DNA of 64,000 bases from Polyangiales bacterium (GCA_046351555.1 JAXLYI010000003.1:584142-648141); one strand, 5' to 3'; positions 20,840-35,236 are shown, numbered from the stretch's first letter. The notes: generated by a model not told the origin, from the letters alone. Made by a program: numbers and translations.

Positions 20840-21334
20840 GTGTCGCCTCCAGCAAACCCCTCGCCCGAGCGCGCTCCGCTGCCGGCGGCGCGCGTCGCCG
20901 TGGTCGCGATCGTCATGCTGGTCGGCCTGTGGGACCTCGCGACGGGGCTGTACATGCTCCTCGCGCCCGAGCCCTGGCGCGCGCACGGCCCCGAGACGCT
21001 CTGGATGACGGCGGGCCCCGCGCTGCGCGACCACGGCGCCGTCGGCGTGGCCGCCATGAGCATGCTCCGGCGCATCGGCGCGTTCTCCTTCTACGCCGGC
21101 GCGCTCTCGGTGGGCCTCGCGTGGCACGCCCGACGCGCGCCGCACACGCTGACGGCGCTGCTGGCGATCTACACGTCGGTCGGCATCGCGTTCAACCTGA
21201 CCGACCGCGCGTACTTCGCCGGCACTTCTTACTTCGTCGCCAAGCAGGCGATCGGCGCCGTCTGGACGGTCGGCCTCGCGCTCCACGCCTGGGAGCGCTG
21301 GCGGGCGCGCGCGGCGGGCGTTCAGCCGATGTAG
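20840..21334 (+). CDS. Small integral membrane protein, unknown function
   Basis: 164 aa with about four hydrophobic helices (VAVVAIVMLVGLWDLATGLYMLL, AFSFYAGALSVGLAW, LTALLAIYTSVGIAF, AIGAVWTVGLAL). A TAGAAG -10-like box lies 7 nt upstream of the GTG. Confidence 0.6.
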   Translation: MSPPANPSPERAPLPAARVAVVAIVMLVGLWDLATGLYMLLAPEPWRAHGPETLWMTAGPALRDHGAVGVAAMSMLRRIGAFSFYAGALSVGLAWHARRAPHTLTALLAIYTSVGIAFNLTDRAYFAGTSYFVAKQAIGAVWTVGLALHAWERWRARAAGVQPM

Positions 21335-22437
21335 GTGCGGAGGGGCGTGTACTCGAGGCCGTGGGCCTGGGCGACGGCGGCGTAGGTGCAGCCCCCGTCG
21401 AAGCAGTTGACGCCGAGCGCGAGCGCCGGGTCACGACGCACGGCCTCGACCACGCCCTGGTCGGCGATGGCGAGCGCGTACTTCATCGTGGTGTTGGTCA
21501 GCGCGAAGGTCGACGTGTGCGACACGGCGCCCGGCATGTTGGGCACGCAGTAGTGGATCACGCCGTCGACCTCGTAGGTCGGGTGGTCGTGGCTCGTCGC
21601 GCGCACCGTCTCGATGCAGCCGCCCTGGTCGATCGCGACGTCGACGATCACGCTCCCCTTCTCCATGCGGGAGACGAGCGCGCGGTCGACGAGCGTCGGG
21701 GCCTTGGCGCCGGGCACGAGCACCGCGCCGATCACGAGGTCGGCGCGCAGCACGCTCTCCTCGATGTTGGCGGGGTTGGAGTAGAGCGTCTCGATCGCGC
21801 CGCCGAAGATATCCTCGAGGTAGTCCATCGTGGTGGCGCTCACGTCGAGCACCGTCACCTGCGCGCCCATGCCCACGGCGATGCGCGCGGCGTTGCGGCC
21901 CACCACGCCGCCGCCGAGGATCACCACCCGCCCGCGCCGCGTGCCGGGCACGCCGCCGAGCAGAACGCCCTTGCCGCCGCGCCACTTCTCGAGCGACGTC
22001 GCGCCGGCCTGCACCGCCATGCGCCCGGCCACCTCGCTCATCGGGCGGAGCAGCGGGAGCGAGCCGTCGGCGAGCTGGATGGTCTCGTACGCCACCCCGC
22101 GGACCTTCTTCTCCATCAGCTTGCGCGTGAGCTCGGGCTCGGCCGCGAGGTGGAGGTACGTGTAGATCACCAGCCCCGGGCGGAAGTACTGGTACTCCGC
22201 GGGCAGGGGCTCCTTCACCTTCATCACCATGTCGGCGCGCTGCCACACCTCCGCGGCCGACGGCACGATCTCCGCGCCCGCCGCGACGAAGCGGTCGTCG
22301 GCGAGCCCCGAGCCCTCGCCCGCGCTCGCCTCCACCAGCACCGTGTGCCCCCGCTGGGTGAGCTGGCGGACGCCCGCGGGCGTCATGCCGATGCGGTACT
22401 CGCGGGTCTTGATCTCCTTCGGGACTCCGATGATCAC
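21322..22437 (-). CDS. ald: Alanine dehydrogenase
   Basis: [23 protein letters not shown].. and the Rossmann motif [10 protein letters not shown], alignable by eye along the whole length to Ald. A GTG start at 22437 has GGAGAG 7 nt upstream. It is in frame with the tail of ORF 21322..23517. Confidence 0.92.
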   Translation of the reverse strand: MIIGVPKEIKTREYRIGMTPAGVRQLTQRGHTVLVEASAGEGSGLADDRFVAAGAEIVPSAAEVWQRADMVMKVKEPLPAEYQYFRPGLVIYTYLHLAAEPELTRKLMEKKVRGVAYETIQLADGSLPLLRPMSEVAGRMAVQAGATSLEKWRGGKGVLLGGVPGTRRGRVVILGGGVVGRNAARIAVGMGAQVTVLDVSATTMDYLEDIFGGAIETLYSNPANIEESVLRADLVIGAVLVPGAKAPTLVDRALVSRMEKGSVIVDVAIDQGGCIETVRATSHDHPTYEVDGVIHYCVPNMPGAVSHTSTFALTNTTMKYALAIADQGVVEAVRRDPALALGVNCFDGGCTYAAVAQAHGLEYTPLRTYIG

Positions 22438-22559
22438 GTCGTGACTCTCCTTCTGCCGTTGCGCAGCGCGCGGACGTATACCCGATCGCACCGCGGGAGG
22501 AAACGCCGCGCTTGGACGCGCCGCGTCGTAGACGGAAGGGACGGGGGAGCCGCGGGGGT

Positions 22560-24152
22560 CTAGCGGACCTGCGTGATGACGACGCGCCGCGCGGTGTAGG
22601 TGAGCGCCATGGAGTAGGCGTCGTCCATGCGGGGGTCCTGCGCGCAGTTGTCGCCGGTGATCGTGGCGCCGGTGGTCCCGTCGCGGCAGGTGTCGACGAT
22701 GCGGTCGCCGTTGGTGTCGCGGAGGGCGCGGTTGGTGCCGCCCTGGAAGATGCCGTCGCCGCCGACGTCGATGTCGGGCTGCTGCGCGTTGATCACCGGG
22801 ATGATGGAGATGGAGCAGCCCGCGACGATCACGTCGAGCAGCGAGGTGCCGCCGCGCGCGCTCAGGCAGCCGGCGGGCAGGCCCATCGGCGCGGGGATCC
22901 GGTCGAGGTCGCCGGCCGCGACGGCGCCGCAGAGGCGGCCCGCGGTGAGCGTGCCGATGCGCATCGCGGCGGCGTCGACGTTGGTCGTGGCGCGGGTCAC
23001 GGCGCGGTTGAGGGCGAGCGGCGTCGGCGAACCCGTCCCGAGGTCGAGGGCGAGGACGGCGACGCCCGGGCCCGCGTTGAGCGCGCGCCCGACGATCGAG
23101 CCCGGCGCGAGCACCGACACCGGGTTGCGCATCGCGTCGAGGGCCATCGCGCGGATGGCGAAGGCCTCGCCGGCGGTCCCGTCGAAGGGGGCGACGGCGT
23201 CGAGGCCCTCGAAGAAGGCCACGCGGACGGCGGGGTCGTTGGTCCCGGTGCGGTCGTCGAGGTCGAGGATCGACGCCAGCACGATCGTCCCGCCGTTGGT
23301 GAAGGACGTCTGGAGGCCCATGTTCACCTGGCCGAGCGCGAGGTCGGTGAGGGCCTGGCCGAGGCGGTTGTCGTTGACGCGGTCGCCGGTGAGGTCGCAC
23401 GCGTCGGTGACGGCGCGACCGCCGCCGATGAGCGCCGCGGTGTCGATCCGCACGGTCTGCTCGAGGCGGCAGACGTCGCTGCACCCGTCCCAGCGCGTCC
23501 GGTTGCCGTCGTCGCACTCCTCGGTTCCCTCCAGGCGCCCGTTGCCGCAGGCCGGGCCGTCGGGCGGCACATCCGCGGGGCGATCCGCAACGACGTCGGG
23601 CGCGGCGTCGGCGGGGCGGTCGGCAACGACATCGAGCGCGGCGTCCGCGCGATCCGCGGCGACGTCGAGCGCGGCGTCCACGCGATCCGCGACGGCGTCG
23701 AGGGCAGCATCCGCGGGGCGATCCGCAGCGGCGTCGAGCGCGGCGTCGGGGCGGTCGACGGCCGCGTCGAGCGCAGCGTCGGGGCCGCGATCCACGGCGA
23801 CGTCCGCCGGCACGTCGGGCCCACGGTCGAGCGCGGCGTCCGGCGCAGGCGCGTCGGGCCCCACGTCCGGCGCGGGCGCGTCGAGCGCGACGTCATCGGG
23901 CGTGGGCACGTCGTCGCCGGCCTCCGCCGTGACGTCGTCGCCCGCGTCCTGCGGGGCCTCGGCGTCGTCGCCGGCCTCCGCGGCGCCGTCCTCCGACGCA
24001 TCGGGCGCCGCGTCGTCGCCCGCGTCGGCGGACTCGTCCGAGAGGTCGATCGGCACGTCGGGGCGGGCGGCCACCCCGCCGTCCTCCGAGCTGCAGCCGA
24101 AGACGACCGCCGACACCGCGGCCAGCACCCGGAGACGCGAGAATTGACCCAT
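22560..24152 (-). CDS. Lipoprotein with an Asp/Ala-rich repeat linker, a myxobacterial Cys-rich repeat (CGNG..EECDDGN) and a large C-terminal domain
   Basis: [21 protein letters not shown] provides the lipobox, followed by [11 protein letters not shown]-type repeats and [31 protein letters not shown]. The ATG at 24152 is in frame with the stop at 22560. Confidence 0.7.
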   Translation of the reverse strand: MGQFSRLRVLAAVSAVVFGCSSEDGGVAARPDVPIDLSDESADAGDDAAPDASEDGAAEAGDDAEAPQDAGDDVTAEAGDDVPTPDDVALDAPAPDVGPDAPAPDAALDRGPDVPADVAVDRGPDAALDAAVDRPDAALDAAADRPADAALDAVADRVDAALDVAADRADAALDVVADRPADAAPDVVADRPADVPPDGPACGNGRLEGTEECDDGNRTRWDGCSDVCRLEQTVRIDTAALIGGGRAVTDACDLTGDRVNDNRLGQALTDLALGQVNMGLQTSFTNGGTIVLASILDLDDRTGTNDPAVRVAFFEGLDAVAPFDGTAGEAFAIRAMALDAMRNPVSVLAPGSIVGRALNAGPGVAVLALDLGTGSPTPLALNRAVTRATTNVDAAAMRIGTLTAGRLCGAVAAGDLDRIPAPMGLPAGCLSARGGTSLLDVIVAGCSISIIPVINAQQPDIDVGGDGIFQGGTNRALRDTNGDRIVDTCRDGTTGATITGDNCAQDPRMDDAYSMALTYTARRVVITQVR

Positions 24153-24265
24153 GCGGTCGACGGTACGCGCACGGGCGCGGACTCCGCAAGATCCGCGCAC
24201 CGCGACCTCGCGGCGCCAATCGACGGAGGGCAGCGCCGTCGCGCGTGAGCGCGCGGGCGTGGATT

Positions 24266-26311
<2,046 letters not shown>

Positions 26312-26435
26312 CGTAATGGCTCCTTATGTCCCCTTCGGCGCGCAGGGGCGCAGCGGGGCGTGGCCGGGGCCTTTACCTCACCGGGGCGCCGGTTTGTAGT
26401 CTTTTGCCGTACCTTCCGCGCGGGCCGCGCGGTTC

Positions 26436-28310
26436 TCAGTGGTCGCGGCGGCGGTGACGGCGGCGGCCGGGCTCCTCCGCGGCCGCGTCGGCGGCGTCTT
26501 CGGAGGCCCCGACCTCGGCGGCGACGTCGGAGGAGGCGTCGAGCGGGGAGGACGCGGCGTCGGGTGCAACGGGGACGGCCGGGACGTCGACCGCCGCGCT
26601 CGGCACGTGCACCGCGCCGTCGGGGTCGAGCAGGCGGACGTTGGGCGGCGCCGGCGGCGGCAGCGGTTGCTGCTGCGTCAGCCCGAGGGCCCGGGTCGCC
26701 GAGTCCCAGGTGTGCGGCGCGAACCGGTGCACGGCCACCGCCGCGCCGGCCCCGCCCACCGCGAGCACCAGGAGCGCGTAGGGCCACACCTTCGCCTTGC
26801 GGGGCGCGAGGGTGGAGTCGTCGAGCGGGTCGCGCGGCGTCGTCGAGGGGTGCGTCGGGCTGAGCTTCGCCCACGTGTCGTCGGTGGGCGGGGGCTTCGG
26901 GCGCTCGGGGATCACCAGCGGCGGCGCGTCGAGCGGGCTCTCGATCAGCACCGAGAGCGGCGGCGCCTCCGACGCGCGGCCGTCCGACGGGCGCGGCGCC
27001 GAGGGGCGCGACCCGCGCGGCATCACCAGCTCGACGGGCTCGAGGTCCTCGTCGAGCTCCTCCTCGATCACCCCCTCGGGCAGCACCGTCGGCACCACCA
27101 CCGTCGCCTCGCTGTGGTCGAGGTACGACGGGTCGTCGGGCTCGAGCTCCTCGTCGAACTGCGTGATCGCCTGCGGCGCCCCCCGCGGGGCCTCGCGCGC
27201 GCCGGCGCCGAGCTGCGGGCTCACCGACTTGCGCGGCCCGCTCGCCTTGATCGCCGTCTCGGAGTTGCGCCCGCGCGCGGCCGGGGCCGGCGCCGTGTGC
27301 ACCCGCTCGGGGACGTAGGGCGCGTTGCGGTTGTCGTACCAGTGCGTGAGCGCGTCGCTCATCGCCCGCGCCGTCTGGTAGCGCTGCTCGGGCTTCTTCG
27401 CGATCGCCTTCATCACGATCGTCGCCAGCCGCGGGTCGAGCTTGTGGTTGCGCGCCAGGATCGGGATCGGCGGCTTGTTGAGGATCTCGCTGATGAGGAG
27501 GTTGTAGTTCTCCGCCTCGAAGGGCAGCCCGTTGCAGAGCACCGCGTAGAGCACCGCGCCGCAGGCGTACAGGTCGATGCGAACGTCCTGGTCGCGCGCC
27601 CCGGCCGCCTGCTCGGGCGCCATGAACTGCGGCGTCCCCATCACCGTGCCCGTGCGCGTCAGCGAGCTGAGCTGGCTGTCGTCGCGCAGCTTGGAGATGC
27701 CGAAGTCGAGCACCTTCACCACCCGCGACCCGTCGTCGAGCGTCGCGAGGAAGATGTTCTCCGGCTTGAGGTCGCGGTGGATCACGCCGCGCTTGTGGGC
27801 GGCCTCCAGGCCCGCGAGCGCCTGGCGCATGATGTCCACGGCCTCGGCGGGGTCGAGGTTGCCCCCAGCCTTCTCCACCACCGTCGCGAGCTCGGCCCCG
27901 CGCAGGAGCTCCATCGCGATGTAGGGCCCGTGGTCGGGCGTGCTCCCGAGGTCGACGATCGAGACCACGTTGGGGTGCTCGATCTGCCCCGCCGTGCGGG
28001 CCTCGCGCTCCACGCGGGCGACGAGGTCGGGGTACACGATGTACTCCGGCAAGAGCATCTTGAGCGCGACCTGGCGCGCGATCTTCGTGTGCTCGGCGCG
28101 GTACACCACGCCCATGCCGCCGACGCCGATGATCCCGTCGATGCGGTACTTGCTGTCGATGACGGTGTCGACCGGGAGCAGCCCCTGGAGACGACGGTTG
28201 GTCGTCGGGCACACGTAGGTGCCTGCCGTATGCGCGGCTCCGCAGAAGGGGCAGGCGAACGTAGACACCGCGCGGAGGTTACCCAAGTTCCCCCGGTGGT
28301 TCCACAACAA
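26436..28310 (-). CDS. Ser/Thr protein kinase with an N-terminal zinc-ribbon-like CxxC..C motif and a C-terminal TM anchor
   Basis: Kinase motifs are [25 protein letters not shown] and [21 protein letters not shown] precedes the kinase domain, and the TM helix [19 protein letters not shown] lies near the C-terminus. An alternative GTG start is at 28268. Confidence 0.85.
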   Translation of the reverse strand: MLWNHRGNLGNLRAVSTFACPFCGAAHTAGTYVCPTTNRRLQGLLPVDTVIDSKYRIDGIIGVGGMGVVYRAEHTKIARQVALKMLLPEYIVYPDLVARVEREARTAGQIEHPNVVSIVDLGSTPDHGPYIAMELLRGAELATVVEKAGGNLDPAEAVDIMRQALAGLEAAHKRGVIHRDLKPENIFLATLDDGSRVVKVLDFGISKLRDDSQLSSLTRTGTVMGTPQFMAPEQAAGARDQDVRIDLYACGAVLYAVLCNGLPFEAENYNLLISEILNKPPIPILARNHKLDPRLATIVMKAIAKKPEQRYQTARAMSDALTHWYDNRNAPYVPERVHTAPAPAARGRNSETAIKASGPRKSVSPQLGAGAREAPRGAPQAITQFDEELEPDDPSYLDHSEATVVVPTVLPEGVIEEELDEDLEPVELVMPRGSRPSAPRPSDGRASEAPPLSVLIESPLDAPPLVIPERPKPPPTDDTWAKLSPTHPSTTPRDPLDDSTLAPRKAKVWPYALLVLAVGGAGAAVAVHRFAPHTWDSATRALGLTQQQPLPPPAPPNVRLLDPDGAVHVPSAAVDVPAVPVAPDAASSPLDASSDVAAEVGASEDAADAAAEEPGRRRHRRRDH

Positions 28311-28393
28311 GCGGAGGCGGCGCCGCGGGGCGGAAGCGGGTTCCGTCCACTGCGGCGCTGTGCTACCAGCGGCGGCACCGCAGGAGACGGACT

Positions 28394-29532
<1,139 letters not shown>

Positions 29533-29536
<4 letters not shown>

Positions 29537-30660
29537 CCGCCGTGACGACCCCCGACAACGCCCCCGAGCTCACCCCCCTCGACGAGGTCGGCGACGCCTG
29601 GAAGGAGCCCTCCCACGGCCTCCGCCACGAGGCCGTCCTCGCCGGCGCCCGACGCCTCCGCGCGCGCCTCGCGGCCGCGTCGCCCGTCCTCGCGGTGCGC
29701 ACGCTGCCAGTCACCACCCTGCCCTACCCCACGCGCTACGCCTTCCAGGGCGCGGCCGCGTCGCCGGCCCCGTTCGTCACGCTCACGCACCGCTGCCTGC
29801 TCGTGCGCTTCCGCCAGGGCGACGCCGTCCGCACGCTGCTCTTCAACCCGACGGACGTCGAGCGCGCCCGGCGGACGCCCTTCTTCGCGAAGCTCGAAGG
29901 CGCCGTCGGGAGCCGCGTCGCGAAGCTCCTCTCGACCCAGTTCGACCCGCTGGAGAAGCAGTTCGAGCGCCTCGGCGTCGCCCCCGCGGACGTCGACTAC
30001 GTCGCCTTCGACCACTTCCACACGCAAGACCTCCGCGGGCTCCTCGGGACGGCCGACGGCGCCGCGGCCCGCTTCCCCAACGCGAAGCTCCTCGCGCCCC
30101 GCGCCGAGTGGGACGAGTGGGGGCACCTCCACCCCATGCAGCGCGCCTGGTACGTCGCCGACGGCCGCGAGGGCGTCCGCGAAGACCGCGTGGTCTTCAC
30201 CGACGGCGACCTCCTCCTCGGCGACGGGGTGATGCTCGTTCGCACGCCCGGCCACACCGCCGGCAACCAGACCCTCTTCGTGAAGACTGACCGCGGCGTC
30301 TGGGGCTGCAGCGAAAACGGGACCGCCGTCGACAACTGGTCGCCCGCCCACAGCCGCGTCGCCGGCGTCGCCCTCACCGCGAAGCACCAGGACCTCGACG
30401 TCATCCTCAACAGCAACACCCCCGAGGGCGCCGCCGCGCAGTACACCGCGATGTCCCTCGAGAAGACCCTCGTCGACCCGGTGCCCGCCGCGCCGGAGTT
30501 CGTCCAGATGTTCCCGAGCAGCGAGGTGTCGCCCAGCCTGCTCGCGCCGGGGCTCAGCCCTTCCTATCTCCTCCAGAAAGTCGAATCTGGAGATGTCAAG
30601 TCAGTTGGCGCCCAGAGCTTCAACGCGCCCGGTGGATTCGGAGCGGCCGCGCCGCGCTGA
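29533..30660 (+). CDS. MBL-fold metallo-hydrolase family protein
   Basis: The GTG start overlaps the acyl-CoA dehydrogenase stop in a [12 protein letters not shown] is HxHxD-like, and [10 protein letters not shown] supplies a downstream His ligand. Confidence 0.7.
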
Positions 30661-30787
30661 TTTCCCGCCCCGATCGAATCATTGTTTTCCGATTTGATGT
30701 AGACCCTTCTCTGTCGAGAAGAATCCGCATCGGATTGGCCGAAACCTTGTTTGTGTACGTCGGGATAGCTGGTACGGTTGAGTTACC

Positions 30788-31549
30788 GTGCGCAAACAGC
30801 ATGACCTCTCCGCGGACGATTACCTCCGGCTGGCCATCAGCACGGGGTCGCCCGCCGAGGCCGCCGTGCTGGCCGAACGCGGGCTCCGCCACGAGAACGC
30901 CGGCGACGACGGGATCGACCCCGAGACACGCCTCCTCCTCTTGCGGGAGATCTACCGCGCCCACCTCCACGCCCGCCGGTTGCGCAGCGCCCACGCGGTC
31001 GCGAAGAAGATGGTGAAGCTCGGGGTCGCGACCGAGATCGCCCACGTCGACCTCGGCCGCGCCGCCGCCGCCCTCGGCTGGTGGCAGGCCGCCGCGCAGG
31101 CCTACCGCATCGCCGCCCGCAACGCCCCGGCCGCGCGCCGCGCGATGCACTGGGGGGCGGTGGCCGTGGCCCTCCATCACGCGGGTCAGTTCGACGACGC
31201 GCTCTCGGCCCTGGAGCGGGCGGTCCGATGGTCGCTCTCGACCCGGCCCTTGCACCGGGCCTACACCGCACTCGTGCAGATCGACGCGGGCCGCAACCCG
31301 GCCGAGGTCGAGCACCTCTCCGAGATGATCCACGAGCTCGAGTGCGCCCGCTGCGGCGAGGGCTTCGGGCGCTACGTCCTCGGGCTCCTCCACGCCGCCC
31401 GCGGGGAGGACGCGCGCGCGATCGAGCACCTCCAGCACTTCGTCCGCCGCAACGCCGACGACCCGCTTCGCTCGTCCACGCTGGCCGCCGAGCTCCGCCG
31501 GGCCCGCGCCGCGCTCCGCGACCTGCGCCGCCGCGCCCCGAAGGCCTGA
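30788..31549 (+). CDS. Hypothetical helical-repeat (TPR-like) protein
   Basis: 253 aa with realistic composition and Ala/Leu-rich helical repeats. It is preceded by the only markedly AT-rich intergenic stretch in the window. I recognise no family. Confidence 0.55.
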   Translation: MRKQHDLSADDYLRLAISTGSPAEAAVLAERGLRHENAGDDGIDPETRLLLLREIYRAHLHARRLRSAHAVAKKMVKLGVATEIAHVDLGRAAAALGWWQAAAQAYRIAARNAPAARRAMHWGAVAVALHHAGQFDDALSALERAVRWSLSTRPLHRAYTALVQIDAGRNPAEVEHLSEMIHELECARCGEGFGRYVLGLLHAARGEDARAIEHLQHFVRRNADDPLRSSTLAAELRRARAALRDLRRRAPKA

Positions 31550-31612
31550 AGCGCCCGACGCGTTTTCCGGGGAGGCGCCGCGGCCGTTCGGCGTTACAAC
31601 GCGGAGCGCCCG

Positions 31613-32650
31613 ATGCCGCCCGACCCGCCGCCCGTCACCCTGGCCGAGATGCCGCTGTGGTTCGTGCGAACCTTCGCGCTGCTCTGGGGGGCCGCGTGGG
31701 GCAGCTTCGCCAACGTCGTGATCTACCGCTGGCCGCGGGAGCTCTCGCTCTCGCACCCGCCGTCGCGCTGCCCGCACTGCGAGACGCCCATCCGCTTCTA
31801 CGACAACGTGCCGGTGCTCGGGTGGCTCTGGCTGCGCGGGAAGTGCCGCGCGTGCAAGGCCCCCATCTCGCCGCGCTACCCCTTCGTCGAGGCGCTCTAC
31901 GCGGTGGCGGCGCTGGTGGTGGCCGAGCGGCTGCTGCGCGGGGAGACCTCGCCCGCGATCTCGGTGGCCCTGGCGCTCTTCCTCACGCGCTTCGCCTTCG
32001 CGTGGGGGCTTTTGACGGTGGCCTTCATCGACATGGAGACCTTCCTCATCCCCGACTTCATCTCGCTCGGCGGGACGGCGCTCGGGCTCGTGGCGGCGGC
32101 GGTGCTCCCGGGCGGCGACTGGCAGACGGCGCTGAAGGGCGCGCTGCTCGGGTCGGTCCCGCTGCTGGCGATCAACCTCTTCTGGACGCGCGTGCTGCGA
32201 CGGACGGCGAAGGGCCAGGAGGACGCCGTGGGCCAGGGCGACGCGAAGCTCATGGCGATGGTGGGCGCCTTCCTCGGGCCCGCGGGCGTGGCGTTCACCT
32301 TCGTGGCGGGGGGGCTGCAGGGGGTGGCGGCGACGCTGGTGTCGCGCGCAACGGGCTGGCAGTTGGGGCCCGACCCGAGTCTCCTCGAAGAGGACGACGA
32401 GGAGGCCGAGGCCGAGGGTAGCGGCGAGAAGGCCGACGAGAAGGCTGAGGGCGACAAGGCCGAGGAGAAGGGCGACGAGAAGGCCGCAGAGGCGAAGGAG
32501 GAGACGCCGCTCGGGCTGACGACGATCCCGTTCGGGCCCTTCCTCTCGCTCGGCGCCATCGAGTACCTCCTCGGCGGCGACGCGCTCATCCCGTGGTGGA
32601 ACGGGCTCGTCGCCCGCCTGCTCGAGCCGCTCGTCACCCGCGGGATGTAG
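31613..32650 (+). CDS. pilD: Prepilin peptidase (A24 family) with a large acidic/Lys-rich insertion
   Basis: The N-terminal CxxC..CxxC reads CPHCETPI..CRACKAPI. Catalytic Asp contexts are FIDMETFLIP and GQGDAKLMAMVG. A ~50-aa EEDDEEAEAEGSGEKADEKAEGDKAEEKGDEK insert precedes the last helices. Confidence 0.85.
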   Translation: MPPDPPPVTLAEMPLWFVRTFALLWGAAWGSFANVVIYRWPRELSLSHPPSRCPHCETPIRFYDNVPVLGWLWLRGKCRACKAPISPRYPFVEALYAVAALVVAERLLRGETSPAISVALALFLTRFAFAWGLLTVAFIDMETFLIPDFISLGGTALGLVAAAVLPGGDWQTALKGALLGSVPLLAINLFWTRVLRRTAKGQEDAVGQGDAKLMAMVGAFLGPAGVAFTFVAGGLQGVAATLVSRATGWQLGPDPSLLEEDDEEAEAEGSGEKADEKAEGDKAEEKGDEKAAEAKEETPLGLTTIPFGPFLSLGAIEYLLGGDALIPWWNGLVARLLEPLVTRGM

Positions 32651-32712
32651 CGCCTTTGAGCCGTTGACGGGCGCCCCGCGGCGGGCGCATCGTCGTCCGC
32701 GTCGGAGGGCCC

Positions 32713-33825
32713 GTGACGCCGCGCTCGCTCGCATCGCTCTTTGTGCTCGTCGCGGGCTGCGAGCCCGGCGAGGTCTACCTCTCTCCCGACGACGCCGCGC
32801 CGTCCGATCGCGTTGCGCCCGCACCCGACGCACCTGCGTTCGACGCGCCCGCGCCCGACGCCCGCGTGCCCGACGCCTCTGCGCCCGACGCGCCTGCGCC
32901 GCTCGATGTGCCCGCGCCCGACGCGCCCGCGCCGCCGCCGGATGCACCGCCCCCACCGCCGCCCGATGCGCCCGACCTCGGCAACGACGACGCCGTCTTC
33001 ACCGAGGTGTGGCTCCCGATGACGCTCGGCTGTAACGCCACCGTCGGCGCGATGCTCGACGTTCGCAACACCGGAACCACCACGTGGACGGCGCGCGGCG
33101 GCTACGCGCTCGGCGCCGTGGGCGACAGCGACCCCTTCGCCGCCGACGGGCGCGTGCGGCTCGACGCCGACGTCCCGCCCGGCGAGACGCGGCGCTTCCA
33201 CGTCCCGATGCGCGCGCCGGGGCGAGCGGGGACGTTCACCACCGACTGGCGGATGGTGCGCGAGGGCGTCCGCTGGTTCGGCGCCACGTCGATGCAGGAC
33301 ACGCGCGTCCTCTGTGGGCCCGCCGCGAGCACCGAGGGCTTCAGCCTCGCCGCGCTCACCGTCGTCGCGAGCCCCGACGTGCGCGACTTCCCCGTCACCT
33401 CGCGCATCACGTCCATCTCCTTCCGCCCGGGCACCTTCCACATCGACCACGAGCGGCGCGGGATGTGGCCGCCCGTCCAGATCGACCCCGACGGCACCAC
33501 CCAGGAGGCCACGGTCTGGGTCTTCTTCCACATCGACGGGCGCTGGTACGCCACGGGCGGCGAGCGCCTCCGCCCCAACCAGACCGACAAGGCCCTCGAC
33601 AACCCCTCGTCGATCGGCCCCGACTGGCTCTACGACCGCGGGCGCTGGGGCGACATGACGGGCTACGTCCCCTCGCCCGGCGACCTCGTGGGCTTCATGG
33701 TCGTCGCCGGCTCCACCCGCTCGGACAACCACGTCATCGCGCGCGAGCGGAGCGGCGCGGTGCTCATCCGCTTCCCGCGCGACGGGGAGGAGACGTCCTT
33801 CCCCGCGTTCGCCTGGCAGGAGTGA
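32713..33825 (+). CDS. Lipoprotein with a Pro/Asp/Ala linker; C-terminal domains of unknown function
   Basis: MTPRSLASLFVLVAGC provides the lipobox, followed by APDAPAPD repeats and about 270 aa of globular sequence with normal composition. Confidence 0.65.
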   Translation: MTPRSLASLFVLVAGCEPGEVYLSPDDAAPSDRVAPAPDAPAFDAPAPDARVPDASAPDAPAPLDVPAPDAPAPPPDAPPPPPPDAPDLGNDDAVFTEVWLPMTLGCNATVGAMLDVRNTGTTTWTARGGYALGAVGDSDPFAADGRVRLDADVPPGETRRFHVPMRAPGRAGTFTTDWRMVREGVRWFGATSMQDTRVLCGPAASTEGFSLAALTVVASPDVRDFPVTSRITSISFRPGTFHIDHERRGMWPPVQIDPDGTTQEATVWVFFHIDGRWYATGGERLRPNQTDKALDNPSSIGPDWLYDRGRWGDMTGYVPSPGDLVGFMVVAGSTRSDNHVIARERSGAVLIRFPRDGEETSFPAFAWQE

Positions 33826-33832
33826 GCGCGGG

Positions 33833-35236
33833 TCAGTGCGCGGCGGCGCCCTTCGGCTGGGGCTTCGCGTTCCACACGCGCGTGCAGAGGAGGAGGCCCA
33901 CCACGGCCATCGGGATCATCGCGCCGGGCCACACCGTCCACGCCGAGACCGCGCGGCCCGCGGCGGGCGTCTGCGGCAGCGTGTGGCCGTAGAAGAAGGC
34001 CTGCGCGCCGGTGCCGAGGTAGACGAAGCCGTCGATCACGCCCGTCACCAGGCCCGCCCGCTTCGTGCCGCCGAAGTCCATCGAGGCCGTGCCCGAGAGC
34101 ATGCCGTGCACGCCGATGACGCACAGAGACATGAACACCACCGACCACGCGAGGGCCGGCGTGCCGAGCGTGACGAAGGCCACCAGCGCGCCGACGAGGA
34201 GCCCGCCGTAGAGCACCGACGCGACCGGGCCGCGGCGCGAGTCGAAGACGTGGTCGGAGATGAAGCCCGCGAAGACGCCGCCGAGGATGCCCGCGACGCA
34301 GAGAACCATGCCCCAGTTGGTGTAGACGAAGCTGTGGTCGTCGCCGACGCCCTTGGCGTAGAGCCGGTACCACTTCATCACCGCCTGCCGCAGGAAGCCC
34401 GAGCAGAACTCGATCGCCACGATCGTGAGGATCACCCGGTTGGTGAGCATCCGCTGGACGACCTCCATCACGGGCGCGGCGGAGGTGTCGCCGCTGGTGG
34501 CGTCGCCGGTGTCGAAGTCGGCGAAGCCCGCCTTGCCGGGCGTGTCGCGGATGAGCGCCGCCGCGGCGACGCAGCAGGCCGCCAGCACCCCCGCGGGCAC
34601 CCAGAAGGCCGCCGTGAAGCCGAAGGACTCGGCGAGCATCTTGGCCCAGTCGTAGGCGAAGTAGAGCCCGAGGGAGATGAGGATCCCGAAGAGCCCGCCG
34701 AGCACGCCGCGCTCGCGCACGTGGAACCACGGCGCGTTGACCTTCACGATCGAGACGGCGCCGAAGCTCTGGAAGTACATGTTGGCCGCGTTGGCGAGCA
34801 TCAGCGCGTTCTTGAACTCGTCGCCCGTCATCCCGTGGGACTGCGCGCGGCCGACGGCCCAGGCCATCGCGACGTTGCAGAGCGCCGAACCGCCCGCGGC
34901 GATGAGGAGGGTGACGCGCCCGCCCCAGAGGTCGGTGAGCGGGCCGTTGAGCAGGAAGGCCACGCCGTACACGATGGCCCCGACGCCGTCGATGTCGCCG
35001 AACTGCGCCTTGGTGAGCAGGTGGGCCCGCTCGAACTTGTCGACGATGGCCGACAGGTTGTAGCGCCCGAAATAGAGGAACGCGTAGGTGAGGCCGAGGG
35101 GGAGCCAGTTCATCACCCGGCGGCGCTTGAAGGCCTCGGAGTGGCCCATGTCGACCTTCGGGAGGCGCGAGAGCACCACCCCGACGGCCACGAGCAGGAG
35201 GAGGATCGGGAGCGCGTTGGAGAGCCAGGTCGGCAT
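33833..35236 (-). CDS. MFS transporter (organophosphate:phosphate antiporter-like)
   Basis: About 12 hydrophobic helices. The sequence YFGRYNLS...GPLTDLWGGR resembles the GlpT/UhpC family loop motif. The start is taken at the internal ATG (MPTWLSNALPILLLL), residue 27 of track ORF 33833..35314. Confidence 0.85.
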   Translation of the reverse strand: MPTWLSNALPILLLLVAVGVVLSRLPKVDMGHSEAFKRRRVMNWLPLGLTYAFLYFGRYNLSAIVDKFERAHLLTKAQFGDIDGVGAIVYGVAFLLNGPLTDLWGGRVTLLIAAGGSALCNVAMAWAVGRAQSHGMTGDEFKNALMLANAANMYFQSFGAVSIVKVNAPWFHVRERGVLGGLFGILISLGLYFAYDWAKMLAESFGFTAAFWVPAGVLAACCVAAAALIRDTPGKAGFADFDTGDATSGDTSAAPVMEVVQRMLTNRVILTIVAIEFCSGFLRQAVMKWYRLYAKGVGDDHSFVYTNWGMVLCVAGILGGVFAGFISDHVFDSRRGPVASVLYGGLLVGALVAFVTLGTPALAWSVVFMSLCVIGVHGMLSGTASMDFGGTKRAGLVTGVIDGFVYLGTGAQAFFYGHTLPQTPAAGRAVSAWTVWPGAMIPMAVVGLLLCTRVWNAKPQPKGAAAH

